A stretch of 64,000 nt of DNA from positions 64,001 through 128,000 of the forward strand of contig JAEOSU010000080.1 of NCBI GenBank assembly GCA_016840165.1, in the 5' to 3' direction. The DNA comes from Promethearchaeota archaeon (GTDB lineage Archaea; Asgardarchaeota; Lokiarchaeia; Sigyniarchaeales; SOKP01). Positions within the stretch are counted from its first letter, which is position 1; each line of letters begins with the position of its first letter. Shown in pieces: positions 40,288-49,859 of the stretch. The position numbers and the translations under genes are program-made. The notes beneath the pieces were generated by a model, which had not been told where the DNA came from, made no database searches, and worked only from the letters and a program-made list of their open reading frames with translations.

Positions 40288-42024
40288 TTATAAATTATTT
40301 ACAACCCATTCCATTTCAAAGAATAGGTCTTCAAAATCTTGTTCATTTTTTACTTTACTTTTACCTTCCTTTATTGCAATTATTCTATCCATAAATTTGC
40401 TTATTCTTCTTGTCTTTAATTTTGTAATATTAGGTTCTTTTGCGATCTTCATATCAATTACATTTTTAGTAGTAATTTTTCTTTCTACTAATAGAGTGTT
40501 AAGTTTGCGTTCTAATCTCCGATATAATAAGACAAGTGCTTTACCATACTTACCTTTTTCTCGGTACCATTCAATTTTTTCAGCAAAAAAGGATGAGGTT
40601 CTGAACCTTTCTCTTTCCTCTTTTTTTTCTTGTTCTTTTGCTTTCTTTTTACGAGCTTTTTCATCTTTTTTAGGAAGGTATTTCCTTAAAGTATAGATTG
40701 CTATAATTGGATAAATCCAACTTGTAATTGGATTCGTGGAAAGATGCACTATGTACTGTAAAATAACCCCAAAAATACCCGCTGATGATAAATCACTGGA
40801 GTATTCAGGTCGTATATGAGCTTCATCAAAAGCGACCACCCAGTCATCCGTTTCGCCGAATGTAAGCCAATTGATAATATTAATAGCGAATTGGCGATTT
40901 TGGTATGAAGGATTATTGATCAACTCATTATTAAATAAGCTAGCATCGGCCGAAATAAAGACTCGTCCATTTCCTAGATCTTTTCCCATAAACATTGCAT
41001 GAGAATATCCCGCTAAAGGCCATCGATCTGGAATACCGGGTAAAAGAGCGGTCATTATACTCAGATCAAGATAATCATATTCTTCATCATACTTTTTATC
41101 ACCATTCTTATCTACAAATGAATAATCAGAAGAATAACCAACCACATCCCATCCAGGTGGTATTGAAGTAAAGGGTTCTCCTAGCGCACTCGATGCTTGA
41201 GAGAGAAGTATTTCTGAGATACCATTAGTTGTTGGATGGCTTGTGAATGATCGAATCACCGGAAAATCTGGTCTTGTATCGTAGGATTGGTTATCTCTCA
41301 AAATTCCATCAGGAAAGATCGCTACGGGAACTGATCCTTGAATATCGGGATCCATAGCACTTGCAATAAAAATTTCCCAAAGTAAGGTACTAGTGCTTCC
41401 ATGATCATGACAAATAAGTAATGAGTTTCGAGAGTCATTTTTAAAAAAATTAATGAAGTAGGGTATTTCAAATATTGGATTATAAAATTGATTGGGGCCT
41501 AGTAATACTAATAAAACAGATTTATTCAAACGCTCTGTGGCGCTTAAACTTGATTGAATTGACATTATATCGTATCCTTGTTGTTCTACAGTATTTCGAA
41601 AATCCGAAGCACCATTCCAATCTTCATTATATATTGAAAAATTCTGAGTATTTTTCCCTTGATCAAATATTGGACCAAAAAGTGGTATAAATACAAATAT
41701 GAATATAGTTATGAAAAGGGCTTGCTTATAAATGGATCCGGATTTAACTTTCTTCCGAGATTGTATTTCACGGGTTTTCTGTAAGTTCACATTACGAATA
41801 TAGATGAACATTCCAATTCCTAGGAATAATGCACCTATATAGCATACTAACGGAAGATAACTTATGTAAATTGGTAGACTTCCCGTTGGGTTACTCCTCT
41901 GATAATCTTCAATGAAATTAGTGAGAAAAATACCATATATGATTAAAAATATGGTTAAAAATCCTAATATTAATCCCATTGAAACATGAACATTTTTTCC
42001 TGTTGTTTTTCCACTAACTGCCAT
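40288..42024 (-). CDS. DUF4350-like membrane protein with GATase-like extracellular domain
   Basis: Three N-terminal TMs, SIYNEDWNGASDF, GRVFISADASLFNN, VAFDEAH, then a TM and a helical cytoplasmic tail. Confidence 0.72.
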   Translation of the reverse strand: MAVSGKTTGKNVHVSMGLILGFLTIFLIIYGIFLTNFIEDYQRSNPTGSLPIYISYLPLVCYIGALFLGIGMFIYIRNVNLQKTREIQSRKKVKSGSIYKQALFITIFIFVFIPLFGPIFDQGKNTQNFSIYNEDWNGASDFRNTVEQQGYDIMSIQSSLSATERLNKSVLLVLLGPNQFYNPIFEIPYFINFFKNDSRNSLLICHDHGSTSTLLWEIFIASAMDPDIQGSVPVAIFPDGILRDNQSYDTRPDFPVIRSFTSHPTTNGISEILLSQASSALGEPFTSIPPGWDVVGYSSDYSFVDKNGDKKYDEEYDYLDLSIMTALLPGIPDRWPLAGYSHAMFMGKDLGNGRVFISADASLFNNELINNPSYQNRQFAINIINWLTFGETDDWVVAFDEAHIRPEYSSDLSSAGIFGVILQYIVHLSTNPITSWIYPIIAIYTLRKYLPKKDEKARKKKAKEQEKKEERERFRTSSFFAEKIEWYREKGKYGKALVLLYRRLERKLNTLLVERKITTKNVIDMKIAKEPNITKLKTRRISKFMDRIIAIKEGKSKVKNEQDFEDLFFEMEWVVNNL

Positions 42025-42077
42025 TGATTTTTCTTTCTCGTAATTTTATATTCGAAAGTGGTTATGGTTAATATTCC

Positions 42078-42458
42078 TTAAAAACTTACTGCTTGGAGCT
42101 TTTTACCCGTGATTTCAGAATATAAATTTCCGAACAGTTGAATAGTAAAATTTAATTCCTTATTAGTTGGTTCAACTCCTCCATATATGATATCCTCAAT
42201 TTTTTTAATAAAAGGATACACTGATTCAGGTTTTTGATTGAGTTCATTAACGCATGTTATAGCATATTCACGTATAGTTTGATGAGAGAGACGGGGTTTT
42301 TTATATTTTCTTCTTATTAAATCATTGTATACCAAGTATATGTAGGCAATAGCTTCTTTTGCTCGATTAGTTTTTACTAAAACTTTTATATTTTCGAAAC
42401 TCTGACTTACATCTAATTCTGGTTCTTCCACTTTCTTTTTTTTCTTTAGTTTTACCAT
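42078..42458 (-). CDS. Stand-alone DUF4129-like helical protein
   Basis: TIREYA...YPFIKKIEDIIYG; clearly homologous to the C-terminus of 42526..44094. Confidence 0.7.
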   Translation of the reverse strand: MVKLKKKKKVEEPELDVSQSFENIKVLVKTNRAKEAIAYIYLVYNDLIRRKYKKPRLSHQTIREYAITCVNELNQKPESVYPFIKKIEDIIYGGVEPTNKELNFTIQLFGNLYSEITGKKLQAVSF

Positions 42459-42525
42459 TGTTTTCCCTTTTTTGCTATTTTTTCAATATTTTAATTTATT
42501 ATTTATTATGTATTTTTATTTTTAT

Positions 42526-44094
42526 CTAAAATTTTAATTCGAAATTATACCCAGTTAATTGAAAATAAACTGGTGAGAATAATTCAATTGTACCATAAAA
42601 ATGCTTATCTGATATTTGATAAGGTTTAGCATATATTATTTCTTCAATTTTTTGGATAAATGGGTAAATTGTGGTTGGATTTAATTTTAAGTCTTTAACA
42701 CTTACAATCGCAAAATCTCGGATCGTCTCATTTACCTCACGAGTTCTTCCGAATTTTGCTTTAATTAGCTCCATGTAAATACCATTAAATAAGTATGAGA
42801 TCGATTCTTCTAATCTGCCAGAATCTTTTAAAATCTTAAGGTTTTCTATTCGACTTTCAAGGGGTAAATTTACAGTCCGTGATATTTTATCTTGTCGGCG
42901 ATAATAATAATAACCATATCCAACTAATCCAAGGATTATCCCCGATAAAACAGGAATGAATACTAAAAAGAAACCAAGAAAAGGAATTTCAGTAGGCGTT
43001 GGAGGAGAGCCCTGTTCTACATTAATAAACTGAAAAGCAGAAATATATTTTCCTATGGAATTTTCCAATTCGATTTCGATAAGTGTGGAACCTGAACCTT
43101 CTGGAAGTGAAAAAGTGTAAGAGAAATACCCGGTTGCATCGCTATATACAGTTGTGAGATAGCCTCCGTCATAATATATAAGTACGGCTTTATTGTTAAT
43201 TAAAACACTATTATCTGTTTTAGAGACGAGATAACCTGCGATATTATATAAACTATATTCAACGGGATTTGCTGATAAATCCCAAAAGCAAGTAATATTT
43301 GAAAATGTTTTAGGATTAGAAATAAATCTTTCTGAAGAATTAATATAAGGAAGGGATGAGTAATTTAACTTCACGGATAAGCTGTCAGAGATAATATCTG
43401 GAACAGGTATGCTTGAAATATAACCAACATCGTCAGTTAGAATAACATTAGAATAAACAAGAAAAGTGTTATCATACCAATAATAATCTACCGGTACATT
43501 AGAAATAGCAGTACCATTATCATATCTTAAATAACCATCAATGAATAAATCTTCTCCTACTAGTGCGGGAATATTAGGATATGGTACATCAAAATAAGAT
43601 TGAGCGCGATAATTAATATTTATAGAGTTTAGAAATTCAATCGCGCCTCCAGGATCAGTTACTTCAGCACTAATATTATGAACTGAGTATATATCTCCTG
43701 AATAGGGAATATCGTAAATTATATTAAATTTTCCATTTATATCAGTCACGTCATTAAAAGAAGAGTATAACTTTCCATTATCAATTACGGAGATAGTATA
43801 TCCGTGGTAACTGGCATTAGTGTAATAATGAAATAGTCTTCCTTCAATGATTATTGAATCTCCATGATAATGGGTTGTTCCATCCAAAGCAGGATTGGTA
43901 AAGTTAATCCATCCCCACAAATAGGAACACTTGAGGTTTGAATCTTCAAATTTTAGTTTTTTATCATTAATAATGTTCCTATTATTGATTAATATAATAT
44001 TTGAAGCATAAAATATCGTAAGTAGAAAAAAGAAAAAATAAGTCGCCTTTATTGCCTTTTTTCCTATACTTTTGTAATGTTTTAAATGCTTCAT
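42526..44094 (-). CDS. Type I membrane protein: Ig-like extracellular repeats, TM, cytoplasmic DUF4129-like domain
   Basis: TDING/TDDVG/SDATG beta-sandwich repeats, TM at FLGFFLVFIP..., and ETIRDFA...EEIIYA tail. Confidence 0.72.
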   Translation of the reverse strand: MKHLKHYKSIGKKAIKATYFFFFLLTIFYASNIILINNRNIINDKKLKFEDSNLKCSYLWGWINFTNPALDGTTHYHGDSIIIEGRLFHYYTNASYHGYTISVIDNGKLYSSFNDVTDINGKFNIIYDIPYSGDIYSVHNISAEVTDPGGAIEFLNSININYRAQSYFDVPYPNIPALVGEDLFIDGYLRYDNGTAISNVPVDYYWYDNTFLVYSNVILTDDVGYISSIPVPDIISDSLSVKLNYSSLPYINSSERFISNPKTFSNITCFWDLSANPVEYSLYNIAGYLVSKTDNSVLINNKAVLIYYDGGYLTTVYSDATGYFSYTFSLPEGSGSTLIEIELENSIGKYISAFQFINVEQGSPPTPTEIPFLGFFLVFIPVLSGIILGLVGYGYYYYRRQDKISRTVNLPLESRIENLKILKDSGRLEESISYLFNGIYMELIKAKFGRTREVNETIRDFAIVSVKDLKLNPTTIYPFIQKIEEIIYAKPYQISDKHFYGTIELFSPVYFQLTGYNFELKF

Positions 44095-44127
44095 TAAAGT
44101 TTTTTCTCACTTTTTAATTCTTTTTTA

Positions 44128-47100
44128 TTATAAATATTTACTTTCTGAGCTTTCAACATACTGTAAACCGTTATTAATTGGATCGAAATAAACCCAGATT
44201 TCTGATTCATCTCTGTAGCGTGGCCAGAGAGGATTGTTTTGATCTATAAATATTCGTGCATGAAAGTTACCTGCGGAATCTGTTTGGACCGTATCATTGA
44301 AAGCAATTATAGTACCATCCAATAATTTCACAGTTACATTAATAAACATAAAAGCCAGCGCAGAACCATTATCCCATTGTAAACTACCAAGGATATGTAT
44401 CGTATCATTTACGATCCACTGATCGGAATATTGGGGCCAAATCAAGTCATAATCAGTATACCAACTATTTTGAATTATGGTTGTGCCAGCAGTTACCGTT
44501 ATTGGCACAACTGAGCTACTTACATGACCTAAGTAATCTGTAAGATTAACTTCAAATGGAAAATAGATACTACCATTGAAATCAATTCGAAAATAATAAT
44601 TACCTTGAGGACAATTGAGAGCAATTTGATTATCAAATTGATAACTTCCATCACTGACGTGTATATAATGAGGTTGTGATAAGTATAATCCTGTAACATC
44701 ATTATCAGTTAGGCTATCAAACATCCGAATTCCAATAATTAAATTTCGCATATTATTTGTGCCATCACGTAAAAATCCAGAAATTTTTAGATTTTCGATG
44801 TCTCTCTGTATTGTTCCTTGATTTGGAGTAGCAGATATCGTGAAAGGCTCATCTATAATTATATAAGTAACGTTAATTGTTGCAAAAGAATGATATTCGA
44901 CTCTTATTTTACGTAGACCAGCAGGGAAAAGATTTGATGAAATACTAAACTCATGAAAACCATCCGGAGTTGGATAAGTATAAGATTGTAAGAGGTTATT
45001 GGTATAATCATCATAAATTCTTACGGTTCTTCCGGTAACTGGGAAATTGTGAGAAATATTTACCTGAAAATGGGCTATTTGGCCATAAATATAGCGTTCT
45101 GGTGGATAAAAATCATCATAATATGGGACCGTTGGGTTTCCCTCAACAGAGAGAAATATATCTAAATTTTCAATGTCCAATACTTTTAACTCGTAGTTCC
45201 CTTCTGTTGAATTCACGAAGTTAGAAATCCAAGACATATGATAATCATATTCATTAAATTGATTGAATGGGGATTGGTAATTAAATTCTCCATCAAATTC
45301 AATTCGGATCGTGTAATTATCTTCTGGTGTATAATCTTGGACTGAATAATCGAGGTCAAATTGACCTGTTTCATCTAACTGGAGAGAGCCACTCTCATAA
45401 ACAAGATAATTTACAGGATTCGATCCTTGATAAAGATAAACATTAATTCGAGCATACTTAATAGGATTCCAATTATTAAAATCTCTTATGTATCCATTTA
45501 AATTGAATATATAGGGTGCTGTGTCGGTCCTATAAATCGTATTGGGCTGTGGACCACTCACTAAATCTATAATGATTGGAGCATCCAAAATGAAATAAGA
45601 ATAGTTATAGTAGGTGCCCCAATTTGCATAAATAAGATGAGGGCCAGCTGTGGTGGTTGCGTCAGTTTGATAAAGGAATTGAGTAGATCCATTAGTAGTT
45701 TGGGCGCTTCCAATAGGAGTGTCTTGTGTAAGGTCATAGAAATAAATAGTTTCTTCATCCCCGATAGGATCTGGTCCCCATTGGAGATATACAGATAGAT
45801 TAAGGTCACCATTTCTTGATATTATTGGTTGGTGATATTGGGTTGAACTAGTACCATTTATCCAAAAATTAAATAAAAGTGTGGAGGGAGTAGTCACTTT
45901 CAATTGATTATAAAAAGACGTGGAAGTATTGAAATTAGATAAGGTAAAAAGGTAAGGATATGGTGCTATCCAATTGCAATCAATAGTGCCATTAAAATCC
46001 ATCCGAAGAGTGTAATTTCTGGTAGGAATATCAGAGTCAACTTCAAAATATTCATTAAAGTTACCATTGAAATCAGTCCATATTCTATCAGAAGGTAAAA
46101 TATCATACCAATAATCTGTTCCTCCCCCAAAGATTTTTAAAGTTAGCTCCGAAAGTCTTATTGGATTACCATTAGTTCGATCTGTTATATTTCCTGCGAT
46201 TTGAAATAAAGTATTTGTTGCACCACCACTGGTACGATTAATCTCGCGGGGGACGGGACCAAAATAGATATTAATCTCTGGTTCTTCATTCAATATAAAA
46301 TAGGAATGATTTTCCAGTGAACTTAATTTTGCGTATAGTAAATTCGGTCCTGCAGTATTACCAATTCCTAATGAGTAATCGCAGCTTGCGATTCCATTAG
46401 AATCTGTAGTATTTGCTCCTATTAATATTCCTTGGGTATAATCATGGAATTCTATATATTGATTTGGTATTGGATAATTAGTCTCGTTTAAAACTAATGC
46501 TGTTAAGCTAAGTGTAGTTGATCGACTTACGACAGGAGAGTCAGGTACATCTGAAGGAACTCCATTTATATAAAATAATAATTTCTTGATTGGTTCTCGA
46601 GATACGTTAAAATCTATTAAATTGCTAGAATCATACATATTGCCAAAGGGATAGAACACACCACTCCACGTATTGTTCACATCAGCACGAAAATCATATA
46701 ATCCATTTGGAACTGAAGGATCAACATTTAAATTAATATAAAATTCACCAAGATCATCAGTATCAACAAATGGAGATTCTATAAAGGGAGTTAGACTTGG
46801 CCTATTATTTGTCCCTTTTTCTAAAAGTAATAGTTCTACGGTTACATACCTTACACGTTCATTATTTACCGGATCTGAAACATAACCTTGTACAAAAGTG
46901 TTTGTATGAGTAGGCAGGGTTACATTCGCAGGATTAACACTTGTTAAAGTAACCTCAATATCACCATGAACCATGTATGATGTATAATTTGAGACACCCG
47001 AATAGTAGGCAGTTATCATATGTGGTCCAACAATCTGAGTGTCATCAATATTGATGAGAATAGATGCGTTTCCATTAGTATCTGTCAAGGATTGTCCAAG

Positions 47101-48570
47101 AAATTGATTATAATATTCATCATAAAAGTAAATTATTCTATCCGAGACAGGGATGTTATTATTTTCTAAGTGTGCCGTAACATTTGCATCAGCTCCCCTA
47201 ATTCCTGATGTAAAATTTGAATACAGTGAAAGGGAGTAATTACTTGGAAGAGGATAAATCTCCATCTGAATCCATCTCCCATTTCCGAAAATATCATTAG
47301 GGATAAATACTTCTGCCCAGTTATATAAATTTCTATATTTAATTGAAAAGTAATGCTGACCTTTATCAGCATCAAATTCCTTAGTAATATTAATAGAATT
47401 AAACCCGCTCACAAATCTGCTTGCAACCCCAAGACTGCGAGTGAATGCGCAAAAAGCTGAAGCAAAATCAGAGTACATTCCTGAACCTGTTCCGCAAAAC
47501 CAATCCACCGCATCTGTTCCATCTGGAGCAGGATTATAATTTAAAGAAAAGCAAGTTTGTAAATAATTCTTCACTTTACTCGCAACTTGAAAGGCATTAT
47601 CATCACTGGAAATAGTTTGATTAATGATATTAAAATGGTTGTTAAAATTTGGATTATTGATTCTGTAAAGAGTTATTGAAGGAGGTAATCTAAGATATTT
47701 ACTTCTTATTCCTGAAGGGGTATATCTTGCTTCCACGGCACTATTGTTAATTTCTTGCTCAGTAGGTAGGTCTAATCCGAACATTTTATATGTTAAATTA
47801 ACCGGATCATTATTATTGAAATAAGGATCCAAGGTTGTACAGTTAAAATCATCTTTATATATATCAGTTTGACCTAAATCTAAAGTATTTATACTATAAT
47901 TATTCACAGCGCTTAAACTATTCTCCATAACATAAGGATTAGGAAAAAGAGTTGGAATAACCATTGAATTTTGTCCAGCAGAAGGAGAAAGAGACATTTG
48001 AACTTTTAAAATATCTTCAAGAGGGGGATGAGAATAATAATCAGAATAAGTATAATAATTATAATTTTGTTTTCCAGCCGTGGATTGCCAGCCACTGCCA
48101 TTATATTCATCAAAACATTCATATTTCCATAAAGTATCATAAAAGTTAAGCACATTAATATCAAAATTTTCATCATTATAAATCCTAAATACCTCAATAT
48201 TTGAGGCAGCAAGGCCAAGTAAAGCAGCCCCAAAATCGGATAAATCTAAATCGTCTATATTACCGTCAAACATGTCTTGTAGCGCATCAAGAGCATCTTG
48301 AATTTGATCTGGATTTAAGGTAAAATTATCAAATAAATCTTGAAAGTCAGAAAAATTGATTGTTAAGGGGATATCTATTAATTCTGCGTCTTCCCATTCC
48401 GCTTCAGACAACTGATCATTAGGGGGTAATCTTAGACCACCCCATAATAAACTCAATAGCACTGTTGAAAACGCGAATAGTGTAATAAACAATCCAACGA
48501 GAAGGAGTGTTTTAATTACTCGTTTTTTATCAACACTTGAAGCTAATAAATCTTCACGGAATTCAGACAT
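44128..48570 (-). CDS. Giant surface protein with transglutaminase-like fold (catalytic triad substituted) and Ig-like repeats
   Basis: DFASAFCAFTRSLGVASRFVSGF and NWAEVF...GRWI match the TGase-like core; repeated GP(H/N) beta-sandwich units; N-terminal TM. Confidence 0.8.
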   Translation of the reverse strand: MSEFREDLLASSVDKKRVIKTLLLVGLFITLFAFSTVLLSLLWGGLRLPPNDQLSEAEWEDAELIDIPLTINFSDFQDLFDNFTLNPDQIQDALDALQDMFDGNIDDLDLSDFGAALLGLAASNIEVFRIYNDENFDINVLNFYDTLWKYECFDEYNGSGWQSTAGKQNYNYYTYSDYYSHPPLEDILKVQMSLSPSAGQNSMVIPTLFPNPYVMENSLSAVNNYSINTLDLGQTDIYKDDFNCTTLDPYFNNNDPVNLTYKMFGLDLPTEQEINNSAVEARYTPSGIRSKYLRLPPSITLYRINNPNFNNHFNIINQTISSDDNAFQVASKVKNYLQTCFSLNYNPAPDGTDAVDWFCGTGSGMYSDFASAFCAFTRSLGVASRFVSGFNSINITKEFDADKGQHYFSIKYRNLYNWAEVFIPNDIFGNGRWIQMEIYPLPSNYSLSLYSNFTSGIRGADANVTAHLENNNIPVSDRIIYFYDEYYNQFLGQSLTDTNGNASILINIDDTQIVGPHMITAYYSGVSNYTSYMVHGDIEVTLTSVNPANVTLPTHTNTFVQGYVSDPVNNERVRYVTVELLLLEKGTNNRPSLTPFIESPFVDTDDLGEFYINLNVDPSVPNGLYDFRADVNNTWSGVFYPFGNMYDSSNLIDFNVSREPIKKLLFYINGVPSDVPDSPVVSRSTTLSLTALVLNETNYPIPNQYIEFHDYTQGILIGANTTDSNGIASCDYSLGIGNTAGPNLLYAKLSSLENHSYFILNEEPEINIYFGPVPREINRTSGGATNTLFQIAGNITDRTNGNPIRLSELTLKIFGGGTDYWYDILPSDRIWTDFNGNFNEYFEVDSDIPTRNYTLRMDFNGTIDCNWIAPYPYLFTLSNFNTSTSFYNQLKVTTPSTLLFNFWINGTSSTQYHQPIISRNGDLNLSVYLQWGPDPIGDEETIYFYDLTQDTPIGSAQTTNGSTQFLYQTDATTTAGPHLIYANWGTYYNYSYFILDAPIIIDLVSGPQPNTIYRTDTAPYIFNLNGYIRDFNNWNPIKYARINVYLYQGSNPVNYLVYESGSLQLDETGQFDLDYSVQDYTPEDNYTIRIEFDGEFNYQSPFNQFNEYDYHMSWISNFVNSTEGNYELKVLDIENLDIFLSVEGNPTVPYYDDFYPPERYIYGQIAHFQVNISHNFPVTGRTVRIYDDYTNNLLQSYTYPTPDGFHEFSISSNLFPAGLRKIRVEYHSFATINVTYIIIDEPFTISATPNQGTIQRDIENLKISGFLRDGTNNMRNLIIGIRMFDSLTDNDVTGLYLSQPHYIHVSDGSYQFDNQIALNCPQGNYYFRIDFNGSIYFPFEVNLTDYLGHVSSSVVPITVTAGTTIIQNSWYTDYDLIWPQYSDQWIVNDTIHILGSLQWDNGSALAFMFINVTVKLLDGTIIAFNDTVQTDSAGNFHARIFIDQNNPLWPRYRDESEIWVYFDPINNGLQYVESSESKYL

Positions 48571-48876
48571 AAAAAATCATAATTTCCCTAAACTTGATCG
48601 GTTTGAAATTTGCAATATTAATTAAAATTATTATATATATAATTTTCCTAATATTTCTCAAATATATTAAATATCCATGATTAACTAGCTATCAAGTTCT
48701 AAAAGCAATTATCATCATGTCAAAAAGGAGAGGAAAAAGGGGAAAATAAAATTTTTTTTTTATTCCTTTGAATACAATTGAAGACCTTAATATCTCAAAA
48801 GATAAACTGATGAAACTATTAAATCCGTTTGGAAGTAAGTTCGAATAAAATAAAGATTTTAAAAAAATAATTTAAT

Positions 48877-49749
48877 CTAGAACTCAAAACCACATTTGGT
48901 GCAAACATTTTTTTTAGCATAAACTGGCTTTGGAATGTAACTAATGATTTTAGTCTTATCTTCAACCTCTTTAATAGCAAATCCACTTGCCCCGCAATTT
49001 GGGCACACGCGCCTTCCTGAAGTTAATCCACTTCCTACATCAGAGCTAGGCGTAGAGCTAGCTGTAGGAGAGGGAGTACTGCCAAAACCACTACCAAATG
49101 TAGATGTTGGGGTTTGAGATGTAATTCCTTGAGCCAAACTTGATGGCATAACTGCTTTTGGTTCTTTTAATTCCTGAATACGTTTTTCTTTGTAGACTAT
49201 TTCTTCTTGTAATTGATTTACTCGGGATTGTAATGGTCCAATCTGTTGCTGTAGATTCATATTTTCTTGTTGCACGGTTTGTAATTGACCCTGCAATTGA
49301 GGGATAGCAACTTCTAATTGGGCTTTTTCATTATTCAATTGATTGATTTGTGATTGATATCCTTCCATGGTTGATTGAAGATTACCTAGTTGAGAACTTA
49401 ATTGTCTGATTTGGTTATCTTTTTCTGCTAATTGAGTATTCAAATTTGCACACTGTGAGTTAACTTGATTAAGTTTAGATTGTAATTGCTCTATGGTCAT
49501 ATCTTTTTCTTGGAACTGCATCATCATTGTATCATAATCAGCCTGGGAAGGGCCAGATGGTTCTGATGTATATGTAGGGGCAGAAGAGGGATAGGTAGGG
49601 GCCGGAGGTGGTGAGCTTGGCGGGGTTTGAATTGGAGGTGGCATCGATGGTGGCACTCCAGAAGGTGGGGGCATGGATGGGGGTTTTATCGGAGGAGGTC
49701 TAGGCCTTCCATATTCATCCTCGTCATCTCTTTCATATTCGTCCGACAT
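48877..49749 (-). CDS. Proline-rich / coiled-coil / zinc-ribbon protein
   Basis: N-terminal polyproline tracts, a Q/L heptad region of about 125 aa, an S/T/G linker and CPNC...CTKC. Confidence 0.8.
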   Translation of the reverse strand: MSDEYERDDEDEYGRPRPPPIKPPSMPPPSGVPPSMPPPIQTPPSSPPPAPTYPSSAPTYTSEPSGPSQADYDTMMMQFQEKDMTIEQLQSKLNQVNSQCANLNTQLAEKDNQIRQLSSQLGNLQSTMEGYQSQINQLNNEKAQLEVAIPQLQGQLQTVQQENMNLQQQIGPLQSRVNQLQEEIVYKEKRIQELKEPKAVMPSSLAQGITSQTPTSTFGSGFGSTPSPTASSTPSSDVGSGLTSGRRVCPNCGASGFAIKEVEDKTKIISYIPKPVYAKKNVCTKCGFEF

Positions 49750-49859
49750 AATATTCTACTTTTTTATTTATTTATTTTTTATATTTTCTGTAACTTAAAT
49801 GGGGGACTATGTTTATAAATTAATGCAATAATGATGAAGAAAATCTTATAGATACTCCA

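Noticed and set aside
48717-48749. Micro-ORF MSKRRGKRGK followed by a T tract
   Set aside because: Ten codons from a purine tract with no SD motif; equally explained as a minus-strand pyrimidine terminator.
48806-48846. CTGATGAAACT...AAA-TCC-GTTT-GGA...AGTTCGAA, SECIS-like or hammerhead-like hairpin
   Set aside because: The helix is short and out of register with the GA quartet, no credible + strand UGA-containing gene lies upstream, and the hammerhead GAAA and stems I/III are missing.
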